A stretch of 61,354 nucleotides of DNA, the filler included, from Platydemus manokwari (Eukaryota): NCBI GenBank assembly GCA_037951405.1. It is 5 parts of 5 records of this genome, joined end to end, with 100 filler letters (N's around TTAATTAATTAA, not from the genome) between each part and the next. Parts side by side here need not be neighbours in the genome. Positions count along the whole stretch, not along the records: positions 11,030 to 28,880 come from JBBMOY010722205.1; 4 more parts are not named here. One strand, 5' to 3'. Shown piece after piece: positions 12,831-24,568 of the stretch (position 1 is the first letter of the stretch; each line of letters starts with the position of its first letter). The translations under genes were made by a program, and so were the position numbers. The notes under the pieces were generated by a model. The model searched no databases, was not told the DNA's origin, and worked only from the letters and a program-made list of their open reading frames with translations.

Positions 12831-14700
12831 TACTTTTGTTGATGTATGTACAATCTAAAGTTTATAATGTGTAGTCCAAATATGAATAAGAGAAATTATC
12901 TCCAAATATTAATGATGAACAATACGATTTATAAGAATGAAGTATTACTTAGCTTCTTTGAAATTAAAAATTATTGAAATTATTTTTTGGTTGGAGTTTC
13001 TAATTCGAAACGATTGCTTAACAATTTTGTAGTAGTTTGTGGTTTAGTTTCTAATACTTTCTATTTAATATGTTTCGTTATTATTTTAATACTTGTTAAT
13101 CTTGATGATGAAAACTTTAATTGTTGTCTATTTATTAACTTACTAGACTCATATAATTATCTGTTAGTTCTTAGATCCTAGGTGAAATCATCAATTATCG
13201 ACTTTAAACTATTGTTGATTTGAGTCAAAAATTAGATCAACTCACAATTCCATCATAACTAAATCATCGTTTTCATAATTTATCTGCACAGAAATATCGT
13301 ATGAGACCCGAAATCCACACTATATTCACATTTGGTATCACTTATCACACGGCCGTTGATACCAGTTGGATTGGAATTTAAATTCCATATTAGCATATCC
13401 CTCACACAGTTTAAAGTAGCTTCTGGATAATTTGATTTTATATCAATGGTGAAATAATATTTTTGCATCACTATTATAAATAATATTTTCTTTATTCAGA
13501 GAAACTATTTTTTACAAATCCAGATTTTTTAAAATTGCATTGATATTAGTAAAATATATGCAACATTATCTGCCAATAACCACAATGATGTCTTGTTTTC
13601 TTTGCCATTTAGAAACTCGATTTCATGGTGAGCTGGATGTATTGTTTAAGTTAATAAAAGAATAATCAATTGATACAAAAATTATTTCATATCAAATTAA
13701 GCAATTGAACTTCAATTGGCTTACAAATTATTTGATAATCATTTCACAGGCTTTATATTTTTGGAACGAAAAACGAATTCATTTACATATTCAGTATATA
13801 TTTGTAAATTGTTTATTGCTGAAATCATCGAAGCTAGAAGTGTTGTCAGAAACATAAATGTTTCATTAAAAGAAATTCCAATTTCACATCTCTGTTACTG
13901 GGATAAAAATTCTCACAAAATCCAGCTGAAATAAAATATTTAAAATTTCGGACGAAACATATACTGGACAACAAAATAGGCGATTTTTTTTACTGAAAAG
14001 TTTCTGGGGTAACTAATTACCACAATAGTCAGAGGATATAATTTTTAAATGGATATAGATTTCAATTTGGTAAAAGCCAATAAAGTTTCATGCTTTTTTA
14101 TCTAACGTGACGACACGGGATTACAATAATACTTATAAAGTTGTTGAAAAAGCAACATATTCAACTTATAATTACATCAAAGTTAATGTTGACAGTGTTC
14201 TGGATCTAGGAGAAAGCCAATTCAACAAGTCTATTCATTACGGCATCATATTTAAGTAAAACTCTAATATAAAATATATAATATTATAAATAAAACAAGG
14301 AACGTCATTATAATTTAAGTTAAATCACTTTTTATTAACTTATTTAATTCTATAGTTTAGTCTGGTCCATGGGTCGGACACGAACTAGCAAAATTAGTCC
14401 ATACCTTATGTAAAACATCTGTGAACATTCTTAACAATATACAATTTAAAATCATTGTAGAAAATATTTTCGATATCAATTACGAGTTGTTTTTTCGAAA
14501 TAATTAAAGCACATTTACTTCATTTATCGAATTATTAAAATGATAAATAACGATTGTCTCTTACAGTTTGATAAAATTTGAGAATCATTACACTAATTCA
14601 TGAAGAGATAACAATTAATATCCAGCTTATAAAAATATTTTTATGAATAAAGATTATCAAGTATTTTAAAATTTATTTAAATTTAAAAATCAATTTTATT

Positions 14701-17700
14701 ATGATAGCATTGCTGTTGATTTTTCTTCTTGTACAACCACAACCGACATTGCCAACTTGTACTTACAATGAGAAATATGGTGAGCAATTTCGATTAAACT
14801 TTATTTCGATGACTAATGCACTACGTCAGCTCATGACGTCATCCATATTTAACTAAATATATACCATATTCCAGACTTGTATCATCATCATTCATTATTT
14901 TTCCATGTTATGTTGATTATGAATTAAGAAAATAATTAAAATTTCTTGTGCTATTAAATGTCAATAATATTATATCGATATCAACTATTTTCGATCAGGT
15001 CGAGCAGTGACCAGTGTTCAGGAAATCTCACTGTGTTACAATGCCGATTGTTCCACCAGCACAAAAATGTTGAAGAATAATGACAATTATCAACGTTGCC
15101 AAATCAAAGGCCAAGCAACAATATCGAGAATGAAAATCTTAATCTATCGTAAATCAATGGTGAAAGGTACAATACCCATGTTTTGTGTGGACTCCAGTGG
15201 TTTTTGGAAAAAAATCGATAAAAGTATTAAGTGTGACACGACAACTAGTTTGCGTTTTACATCTTATGCTTCTTTGGGCGAATATGATGTTTATGTTGTG
15301 GCTTGTGACGATCAAGAACAAGAATTTCCAGATCAAGGTTATTGTTATTTTTATAAATAAGTTTTTACTCAATTAATTTCCGAATAGGTGTGAGTATTTT
15401 AGGAAAATTTATTTATATTATAAAATATGAAGGCTTAAACTAAGAAAAGAGGTCCTTTGATCTACTTTAGTAATAATTTATTTCCGCGTTTGAGTTAATT
15501 TTGTATATAATTACAATGTTTGATTTATTCGTAGAATTCAGTTAATATCTCACTTTTTAGGATGTCTAGTAGGGACAAAACATAGTTTTTAAACCAAGCT
15601 CATATTTTAAAATCCTAAAACTTGAGATTATCCCTCAATTCGCTTTATAATGTTAAAAGGGGGTATTAGCTAGTTTTCAATAAATTACAATTCGATTTAG
15701 TTTGATTCATTTTTCAAATAATAAAAGTTTTAGGAAATTTTAGAAGCTCTAGTGTATTTAATTTTTTGTATCAAACAACTAAAATTCTTCTTAAGTGCTT
15801 AAATGAAAAATTCAAAATGTTTTAAAGAATTTAATTAAATAAACTATATAAATTTTTGCAATATACTCAACAATTACAAAAAATTTATTTTAGAACATCT
15901 TTTCTTAACTTTAGCCAATATAAATGATCAATTTAATTTGTTTGAATATTTTTATTAAATATACTTCTGGGGTTTGAACTTTTTAGATTCATTTTCAATC
16001 TCTTTAGAAACTGTTAAGATAAAATTTTCGCAACCTTTTATGCAGAAACTAAAAATTTCTTTCTTCTTTTTGATAAACACTTTAACTTCTTAAAATAGAA
16101 AACAAATGATTTATCTTATCACATTTAATATGGTTTTATATAATTAAAAATTGACAGACAATCCTCGTGAACAAATTCTTGGTTTCGATGCTGAAAACGA
16201 TCAAGTACCGCCATTTATAGGTTTGATGTATCCAACTGTACAAGTGTTTTGTGTTTCTAATTGTTTGGAAAACAAAGTATATTGGATGACTGTGGTAGGC
16301 GCTAAATATGTTGTTATAAGAAATGAAACCAGTGCACTCGTTGTAAAAACAGCCAAAATTACCGACCCGCAAGATATTGGTTTAGAAATCCACGCAGTTT
16401 GTGGAAAATCTCAAAGTACTGGAAAGAATTTTAAATTTTATATAGCAGGTGTGTGATAAGAATAATAATTACTTTAATAAACGATTGTTCTTTCACAGAT
16501 AAAATGACAGCTGTACTTCAGTCATATGCTGATAGTAAGGATCGTAATCCCGTAAATAATTACGATGCTGGAGAATCAATGGGTTGCATTGTCAATGGTT
16601 CTAATTCAGTTCGACCAAATGCTACTGGACCAACACCGTCTCAGAATATTGCTCTGACAAATCTTGATAATAAAGGAAATATTTATGAAAAAATAACGTT
16701 AGTTTAGCCTTCTTAAACACTCTTAAAACACAAATTCAAAGCTATCATACACTAGATATTGTTAGTGGGAGCTATATCTTTTTAACCAGTGTTCTTCAAA
16801 AGCTTGGAGGCGCTAAAAATTTCATTTTCGTAAGTGACTTATATTAAGCCAAAATATTGATCGAATTTTAAAGATCTGGAATTAGTACTGAGACCAGCTA
16901 TCACCGAAATAGAGCCAAGATTTGATGTTTTATGCGAGAATATGCAAAATCGTTGTTATTATTAAATATATTTTAATTTTTCTGTGTTAAAATTTTTTTT
17001 ATTAAAAGAATTTACTTTTAAGGGTCGCGAAGAAATTTGGACTCGTACAGTGAGTCACATCACAAAAAGTGTGTAGACCACTGGTTTAAACAACTAGAAT
17101 TATCAAAATTTTTAATTAAGACTTCTAAAATACAGATTATTGAAATGAATTTAAATATTTCCAAAAGAGGCATACATGATGGTCTTCCTGATCAGAATTA
17201 TAAAGGTTAACGAGACGAATGTAAATATGTTTTAATTAAAAAGATTTTAAAATTCATTTAGATATTAATTTTGAAATAAATCAAATTTTTCAAATGATTG
17301 ATTAGTTTTTAAAATATTTCGCACAGATAATACAAACGACACTGTGAGCCACTTTAATTTTGTAAAACACGTATTGAAAACGAACTGAACCGTCACGACA
17401 CCAATTTATATTTAAATACGATTATTTAAACAAATGAATATAAGACTTGATTATAAAATCTTTGAAATGTTAAAATCCTCAAAAATTCTCAAAATATAGC
17501 TATATGAATTGGTTGCTTGTTCAAAATCAATGAGCGAACTATGAAATGGAATATTCTATTCAATATAGATATGTACTAAGAACTACGAATCAATATTTGA
17601 TTAACATTTATATTTTCAAAGAATTAGATATTCGAGATGATAATTTTGCAGCCGTTTTTGATAAAATCCATTCAACAGTAATATTATTTTAAAAATTTGA

Positions 17701-20700
17701 GTTTACAATGATGATATAATAGTTTCATTTTCCATATACCTTTTGCTTTAAGTACATCATTTTATATTTTTATTTGGTGGTTCAACCAATTTTGACTTGT
17801 GCGCCATACTTTTGAGATGCCTTTATAAAACAAAAATAAATAATTTCTTATTTCATACTTTTGGGATTGATATCATTTTACCAAAACAACTAGTAACGGA
17901 ACATCAACAACCTTAACGATACCGGACAATTTGACGATACGATCTGGTGGTGTGGGTGTATTGTGTTATTTCGGTAGTTATGAATCCAATAAGACTGATG
18001 ATTATTATGAACTTTTGGTGAAACCTATATCTATTTCAGGTTTTGAACTATTTGTTTTAATACATTTCGATAAATGATTTTCTTATGTAGCACGATTCCG
18101 TACGAAATTAAAATATGTAGACCGTCCGATTTATCAAGAACCTTACGATATCGGGGTTGGAGAACAAATTGAATGTGATAAAGCTCATTATTTTGCTATG
18201 ACGAATTTGCCAATCAGCACAATACCGTTGTATATTTTGTATTCCACAAATGGCACGTATCCAGCATCATCCCTTTTAAATTATGAAAACCGTGACTGGG
18301 ACAATGCTACAAGCGGGCAAATGACTTTTAAGCGGAAGGATCCAAATAAAAAAATGTTTGCATTTTGCCTTCTTAATACTGAAATAACCACACCAGTTCA
18401 AATATTTTCGGGAGGTATTTTGTGATTATTTGGTATTAAATGGTATTTATGATTATCAATTCATTTTAGATAGACCTGCTGTTAGAATTCATTACCATCA
18501 TCCGAAATGGAAAACCGATTATCATTTGATGGGGTTTATTTTTATTTGTGATGGTGAAAATATCAATGATATATCTTTAACTTGTACGGACTGTCCACCA
18601 GATGTCAGTATGATCGTTATTGATGAAGGTACGACAGGAAAACGATTAGAAATTCCAAAATCTCTCACAAGAAATATTAATATTCGATATAGATGCAATG
18701 GATATTCATCTAAATACGAATCCGTTTTTAAAGAGCTCCCATTAAATATTATTGGTTTGTTGATGTTTATTGTTTATTGAAAAAATTGTAAACATTCTGT
18801 TTATTACTTTTTGGAATTTGTTGTCACAATTCACGTCTGGAAATAACGATTAATTTGATTTCTGAAATAAAATAATCTCGTACTAGATCGACTTATAAAT
18901 AGTATTGCGACGGATTTAATGACATGTAACCAAAATATGGTTAAGCGACAAGAGGTAATGGATCTGCATCTACTGATTGACTAAATATGAAATGGTGGAG
19001 TCAATGTCATATCTGATACTGATGAGAAACAGGCTTGGGATAAATTAATACTTCGGATAGAATTTATTATCAGTGCAACATATCAGATCTCAATTCGGCA
19101 TTCTCCTTTTGAAATTTTGTTTCGGGCGGCGAATTAGTATGCATGGGTTACGACTAAATAAACCAAGCCCGTACGACTAGATCATCAAAGAAACGGAAGA
19201 TCAGCTAAAACCACAAACTTAAAAACGAGATTGTAGAATTATCGAGATTGGTGAAGAAGTTTTAGTGAAGAAAGAACCACACAGGATAAAGAAGAACAAA
19301 GATCGTTATGAAGGTCTTCACAGAATTTTGAAAATTTTAAGCCCACATCAAGTGCTTCTTGATTTGCAGGGACAGCCAAAATCTCGAAGAATTGAGTGGG
19401 TAAAATAAATTTCAAAAATAACGGGAAAGGGAAGTTAGATAAATCTTAGATATTTAATTTGTTTACATATTCGATGCAAACAAACGATGTTTTCACTAAT
19501 ACTAAAAAAGTCCAGCGGTCGATTACCTATTGAATTTGTCTAACAACAGATCATGTAATTCATTCGCGAAACATTTTGATGAGTTTTTAATTCGAAAATG
19601 AAATTGTTACTTCCATAAATTTCTATATCACTAGTTTTACATCCAGAATAAAATTAATTATGCCAAGATTTATGGGAACAGAAAGTGTAATATTAATGTT
19701 TGTCACGGATTTCATCATCTACCCATTATGTAGATTTTATTTATGATTTATGCTTATATTTTCGTATGATTAAAATTTTTCCAGTGTCCGAAATAACGGA
19801 CTTATATGGGAATTATTCATTCTTTCTTTACGGAAAAGATTATTTACAATGCCGATCGTTTTTCACTGTAGTAGAAAACGGTAAATCTGTCAAGAAGTCT
19901 ATTCCTTTACCTCCCCAAATGCAAGTCGACGGTAGCGGGGCTGTTAATGAATATGGGAATATGTCTGAATTATTAATCATGCAAGATAATCTACCTGTTA
20001 TTGATTATTATCGTATAGTAGGTTTTCAAGCATGTTGCCCACCATTTGTAGCTAATAAATATTCATGTATGGGTCAATGGAGAACATTATTCGTTACAAG
20101 TAATTATATTATTTTCTGTTAAAAAGTTATGGGTATTTATTGATAAAAATTCTATGCTTAATACACAATTACATAAAAAGCTATTTTAATTAGGTAATCT
20201 TGATTGAGAGACTTGAAAATTAGACAATGCAGTTAGAATAATTATAAACTAAATATAAATATTAACGCAACAGTTATAATTAATTGAACTAGAATAATTC
20301 TTATAAATTATTAAATTATTATCTTCGATCTAACCAATCAAATTTAAATATATTCAAATATTGATTTTAACGAAGTGATATTAAATGAAATGACTAATAG
20401 TCACTGATAAATGGTGAATAGATTTTTGATAATTTCTTTACATTCAAATAGATTGCTTTTCATAATAGTAACAATATCATAAAGTTATTTATTATTATTA
20501 TTAAAATATTTTAAAAATATATTAAAGTATTAGTGAGATAAAAATAAAAACTTTTAATTGTGAATATATTAAAAATTATTAATTAAGGATTATATTATGT
20601 TAAATATAATGTGGACTTAACCGAAGTTTATCCTGGAAACGTGCTGCGATGTTATATATGCATGAACTTCACACATGAAGCATCTAATCAAAAATGCGAT

Positions 20701-20922
20701 GGCGATCATGTTATACAATCAAAGATAGCAATTCATGTCATAAATCCAGATGGTTCTGTCAATGCAACTGGATTTCAAGATGAGGTTCGAGCACCCGTGG
20801 AGGGATTAAAACCGGATCAAAGAGGATACTATAAAATAACTGATTACGATGTTAAGGTAGCATGTTTAGTTAGAGGTGTAGGCAACTACACGAAGATTTT
20901 TATGAAATGTAATAATATTTAA
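14701..20922 (+). CDS. Secreted multi-domain glycoprotein with seven tandem Cys-containing Ig-like modules, ~770 aa, 9 exons (family not recognised)
   Basis: Exons 14701-14779, 14999-15337, 16158-16448, 16499-16697, 17894-18039, 18091-18414, 18470-18754, 19785-20099 and 20588-20922. All junctions are GT-AG and frame-compatible (2313 nt = 770 aa + stop). Signal peptide MIALLLIFLLVQPQPTLP. Phase-1 introns separate ~95-115 aa modules. About 13 N-x-S/T sequons. No TM segment seen. Confidence 0.8.
16787..17083 (+). mobile_element. hAT (Buster/Charlie-like) deletion derivative in intron 4 of the secreted-protein gene
   Basis: Ends CAGTGTTCTTCAAA ... GTGTAGACCACTG (CAGTG...CACTG TIR), with imperfect 8-bp flanks TTTTTAAC/GTTTAAAC and a subterminal GGGTCGCG. 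The interior translates to a decayed hAT C-terminus (YIKPKY*S...DLELVLRPAITEIEPRFDVLCENMQ). Confidence 0.75.
19021..19437 (+). mobile_element. Gypsy LTR-retrotransposon integrase C-terminal remnant plus polypurine tract, in intron 7
   Basis: Translates to AWDKLILRIEFIISATYQISIRHSPFEILF and EIGEEVLVK...DRYEGLHRILKILSPHQVLL...RRIEWVK* (GPY/F-type module), followed by the purine run GGGAAAGGGGAAG. Confidence 0.7.
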
Positions 20923-20952
20923 TTTTTATTGCATTTATTGATTACCATTATC

Positions 20953-20963
20953 ATTATTATTAC

Positions 20964-21030
<67 letters not shown>
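20953..21030. repeat. (ATT)n microsatellite between the convergent 3' ends of two genes
   Basis: About 25 near-perfect ATT units. Confidence 0.95.
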
Positions 21031-21186
21031 TACGAAAACAAGATTTTAAATAATTCGTGAATGTTTGAAATATGTCGATTTGTAAATATAAAGAATAAAT
21101 AGTAAAAATATGCTTTTCGTTACAAGGAAATATAAAATAAAACACGTTAGGGATAAGTTGTAGGATAAATTACAAAAATATAGAAA

Positions 21187-23052
21187 TCATTTGTATATAC
21201 AATAATTTGCTTCTTCTGGAATTGCAATTGGTTTAGCGGGATTAATTTTAGAATGTAAAGACAAGTGATTGAGTTCTTCATTAGCATCAATGTATAATGA
21301 TGGACTAGGGGGTGAGTAATGTCTTTTATTGAAGATGTCATTATCTTTTGCTGTCGAATCCATATTGAATTTTCTGTTTTCTACTGCATATCCTATGAGT
21401 TGTCTTGATTCCAATGGATTATCCTGATTGACGTGATTTGACTCTCGTGACTTTGCAATTGCTGGACTTTTATAAATTAAATATAAAAATTCAATGAATT
21501 CAGCAAACACAGCAGCAGTTAAGCCAATACAGATTGATGTTAAGCCGCCAATGCGAGATAGTAATGTGTTTGAATCCAGAACTAATTTTTCAGTTTTTAT
21601 ATGAATGTCAAAATTTTTTCTCATTAAACTAATATAAGTGAATGTGTTCTCATCAATGTTATTGAAACTGGACGATTGATTGAATCGATTGTTTCTTATC
21701 TGCTCTCTTAGTTCTCTCGAAATGTTCAGAGATTGTTTAAGAATGCTTTTAATTCTTTCAACATTTTCTTTCGTTCTATTATCCCTGTAAGCAAAATAAG
21801 ATCGATATAGATTTTCGAGACTTTTTAATTTTATTTCATTAGCGGTCCATCGAGTTATAGACATCGTTGTGTCATAAATGGTAAATTGACAAGGAAGGAA
21901 ACATTGTGTATTTTCGATTCGTTGTCGTATCTCAACAAATCTTTCCTTGATATCACTAACGCAATCCAATCTGTTTAATATGAGACTTGGTTCATCTGTG
22001 GAAATTATATTAATGCAATACGGTACGGATGAATTTGATGGAAATGGCCGAGGGATATTGCTTAGCATACAACCACATTTCTCAATGATTTCCATTTGAA
22101 TTCTAGATGAGACACATTGAGTGAAAACATATTTAAATCGATTGTGTAAATCACGGATTCGTTTTTGTTTATTTCTACACGGATTTTTTGATGTACTCAA
22201 TCGCATCCATTTGGTGGGAGAATAAATCAAAGAATTCATTTTGGCAGGATGCATATTGATTCCTGAATTTTCTATATCTGGATATGTTTGAGGTTCATGA
22301 ATTGTCACTTTCAAACCCTCTCCTCGTTGGAGGATATCAAATAGAAAACTATTCGATAATTCTGGAATTTTATCACTCGACGTCAATTGAACAAGTAATA
22401 TCAGACCAATCACTTCAGTTGTATTGTTCTCTTCACCTTCAATTGTAAAACAATTAAAATATTCCTGATGAGAAAATAATTTAATACTAAATTTCTCTTT
22501 AGTCAGATCACATTTTTCGGCGATGACTATATCATTTTTATAAAGAAGAATACAATAACGAATCATGTCTTTCGAATGACCAAGTTTTATCGTATCGTTT
22601 AAAGCCAAGTTCATGTAGTAAGTGCTAAACAAATCATACAGTCTTAAAGTTGATAGATTTTCTAAACCAGGAATGTCGAATGACTTTAAAGACATTATCG
22701 TTAGATTGTCTTGTAATTCAGATGGAGACATAATTTCATGTCTCAGCCAGTAATCATTAGCAGCTAGAGAAAACGGATTTTGTCCACATAATGTTATTGC
22801 TGGAAATGGGCTTGGATAATCAAGTATTGTAGAAGTATGCCAAGCGGTTGTGTATTGGAGATAGTCTTGAATAAGAAATACCATAGTTACAATCAATATA
22901 CATGTCATCAGTAACACAAATCCCGACCACAGTATCTTTTCAAATTTCGTTTTGGCAGAATGAATTTTTGAAATACCTCTTATTGATGATATTTGACAAA
23001 ATATTTTGATTTTTGAAAATTTGACAACATTTTCCGGTGAAACTTTCTTCAT
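21187..23052 (-). CDS. DEG/ENaC (amiloride-sensitive sodium channel family) subunit, 621 aa, single coding exon
   Basis: Pre-TM1 SSIRG, TM1 KILWSGFVLL..., FPAITLC, YFNCFT, GLKVTIHEP, a Cys-rich thumb (KCGC...YC...CFLPC), and TM2 LLSRIGGLTSICIGLTAAVFAEFIEF. Confidence 0.93.
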   Translation of the reverse strand: MKKVSPENVVKFSKIKIFCQISSIRGISKIHSAKTKFEKILWSGFVLLMTCILIVTMVFLIQDYLQYTTAWHTSTILDYPSPFPAITLCGQNPFSLAANDYWLRHEIMSPSELQDNLTIMSLKSFDIPGLENLSTLRLYDLFSTYYMNLALNDTIKLGHSKDMIRYCILLYKNDIVIAEKCDLTKEKFSIKLFSHQEYFNCFTIEGEENNTTEVIGLILLVQLTSSDKIPELSNSFLFDILQRGEGLKVTIHEPQTYPDIENSGINMHPAKMNSLIYSPTKWMRLSTSKNPCRNKQKRIRDLHNRFKYVFTQCVSSRIQMEIIEKCGCMLSNIPRPFPSNSSVPYCINIISTDEPSLILNRLDCVSDIKERFVEIRQRIENTQCFLPCQFTIYDTTMSITRWTANEIKLKSLENLYRSYFAYRDNRTKENVERIKSILKQSLNISRELREQIRNNRFNQSSSFNNIDENTFTYISLMRKNFDIHIKTEKLVLDSNTLLSRIGGLTSICIGLTAAVFAEFIEFLYLIYKSPAIAKSRESNHVNQDNPLESRQLIGYAVENRKFNMDSTAKDNDIFNKRHYSPPSPSLYIDANEELNHLSLHSKINPAKPIAIPEEANYCIYK

Positions 23053-23490
23053 AACAAATAAAAGATAATGAATTTCAGTGTAAAATCATTATAAAATAAA
23101 AAAATTTTAACCAAGAATTTATCGAATTAATTGGGCATGTTTGGGGATTCTCATTGGGAAATTTCGGTAGCAAATGAAATTGAATTTCTATTTATCGATA
23201 TTAATAATTGAGATAATAGAAAAATATATTTGTAACAGTTATGTCAGTCTTGTGAAAAATATATTAACTAAATAAATGACATTTACAGTGACTGATCGAC
23301 TTGACAATTCTATTTCTATTTCAATCATTAGTTTGTAATATAAATACTAATGCACCATTTTATTTATAATGGTGAAATTGTGCTCTTCATGGCTCCAAAT
23401 AATCATTTTATTATAGGTTTTTCCTCAATTATAACCCTGGGGAATTTGCATATCTTCTTGAAATAAAAATAAAAATTAATACTAATAGTG

Positions 23491-23547
<57 letters not shown>
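23491..23547. repeat. (AAT)n microsatellite
   Basis: About 19 AAT units upstream of the DEG/ENaC start. Confidence 0.95.
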
Positions 23548-23550
<3 letters not shown>

Positions 23551-24010
23551 TCATTCAATACTGCATTTATTATCAATTATCATCGAACCACATAATATTC
23601 CATTGCTTAAAAATTTAAAATTCCGCAACAATATGGACATCTACTCGTTTTGTTTAAATGCATAAATAAAAACAGCAACTCCCAATAATTTCCTCAATAA
23701 TTTCAACAAAATTTTCGTAATTTCACATGAATTCAATTTTAATGACTTCCTATTTCTTTCCATTTAAAGGCTAAATTTCACAACCGAATTATAATCGTGA
23801 TACCAGTCAAAGATTTTAAATAACACCCCGATATAATTAGTTGAATTAATCACGGAATAATTTTCCGATATTTGGCTCACAAATGCAGTAAAGAAGAAAT
23901 GTAAACATTGAGTAATGGTCAGATTTTTATATATTAGATATTGAAGACTAATTTTATATTTCTATTTCTCGTCATAGCAACTAGTTGTAAAATGTAAAGA
24001 GATTTAATAT

Positions 24011-24568
24011 TGTTGAGTAGATCACAAATCTATCAAAATGGTCACAAGAACCAAGAAAAAACCCTAACAAGAGTCGATACACACAGACCACATAAACTCA
24101 CGTCCCGTTAACCAATCAAAATTGTTATAATATTAATCCATATTTAGAAGCTAAGAATCGACAGGCACATACCTACAAATGGCAGCAAGGTCAATTAACC
24201 GTCAATGGCACGAAAGATGTAAGGAACACTTCAAGTAGATTAATCCACGACTAAATTCAGCAAATTGAAAACAAAGATTCTTGACATCAAGCAGACATAG
24301 GACTTTAAAAGAAGTTGTGTTTTATGGATATCTGCCAGTCTTTTTTGGTCGGTAACTTGAGTTCTTAGCATATCTTTGTGTGAATTTTAGTAATAAGTCT
24401 TTTTGATTATTTTCCATTCTGTTTTTTTACTTTCTGGTGCCGAACCCGTCTTGAATGATTCACTTTGTGAATAGTGGAAAGATTTTCTGTTGTTGCTGTT
24501 GAGAATTTGATTGTATTATTTTAGTTAATACAATTTTCAGATCTAAATTGTTGACTGATAACCCAACA
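24011..24568 (+). mobile_element. Probable solo LTR (copy 1 of a dispersed family)
   Basis: TGTTGAG...CCCAACA termini. The interior is collinear with 40067-40445 and ~34230-34709 (shared CAAGAACCAAG, GGCAGC, TGCCAGT, TTTTTGATTA, TTTGTGAAT). 4-bp flanks ATAT/ATTT. Confidence 0.62.
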
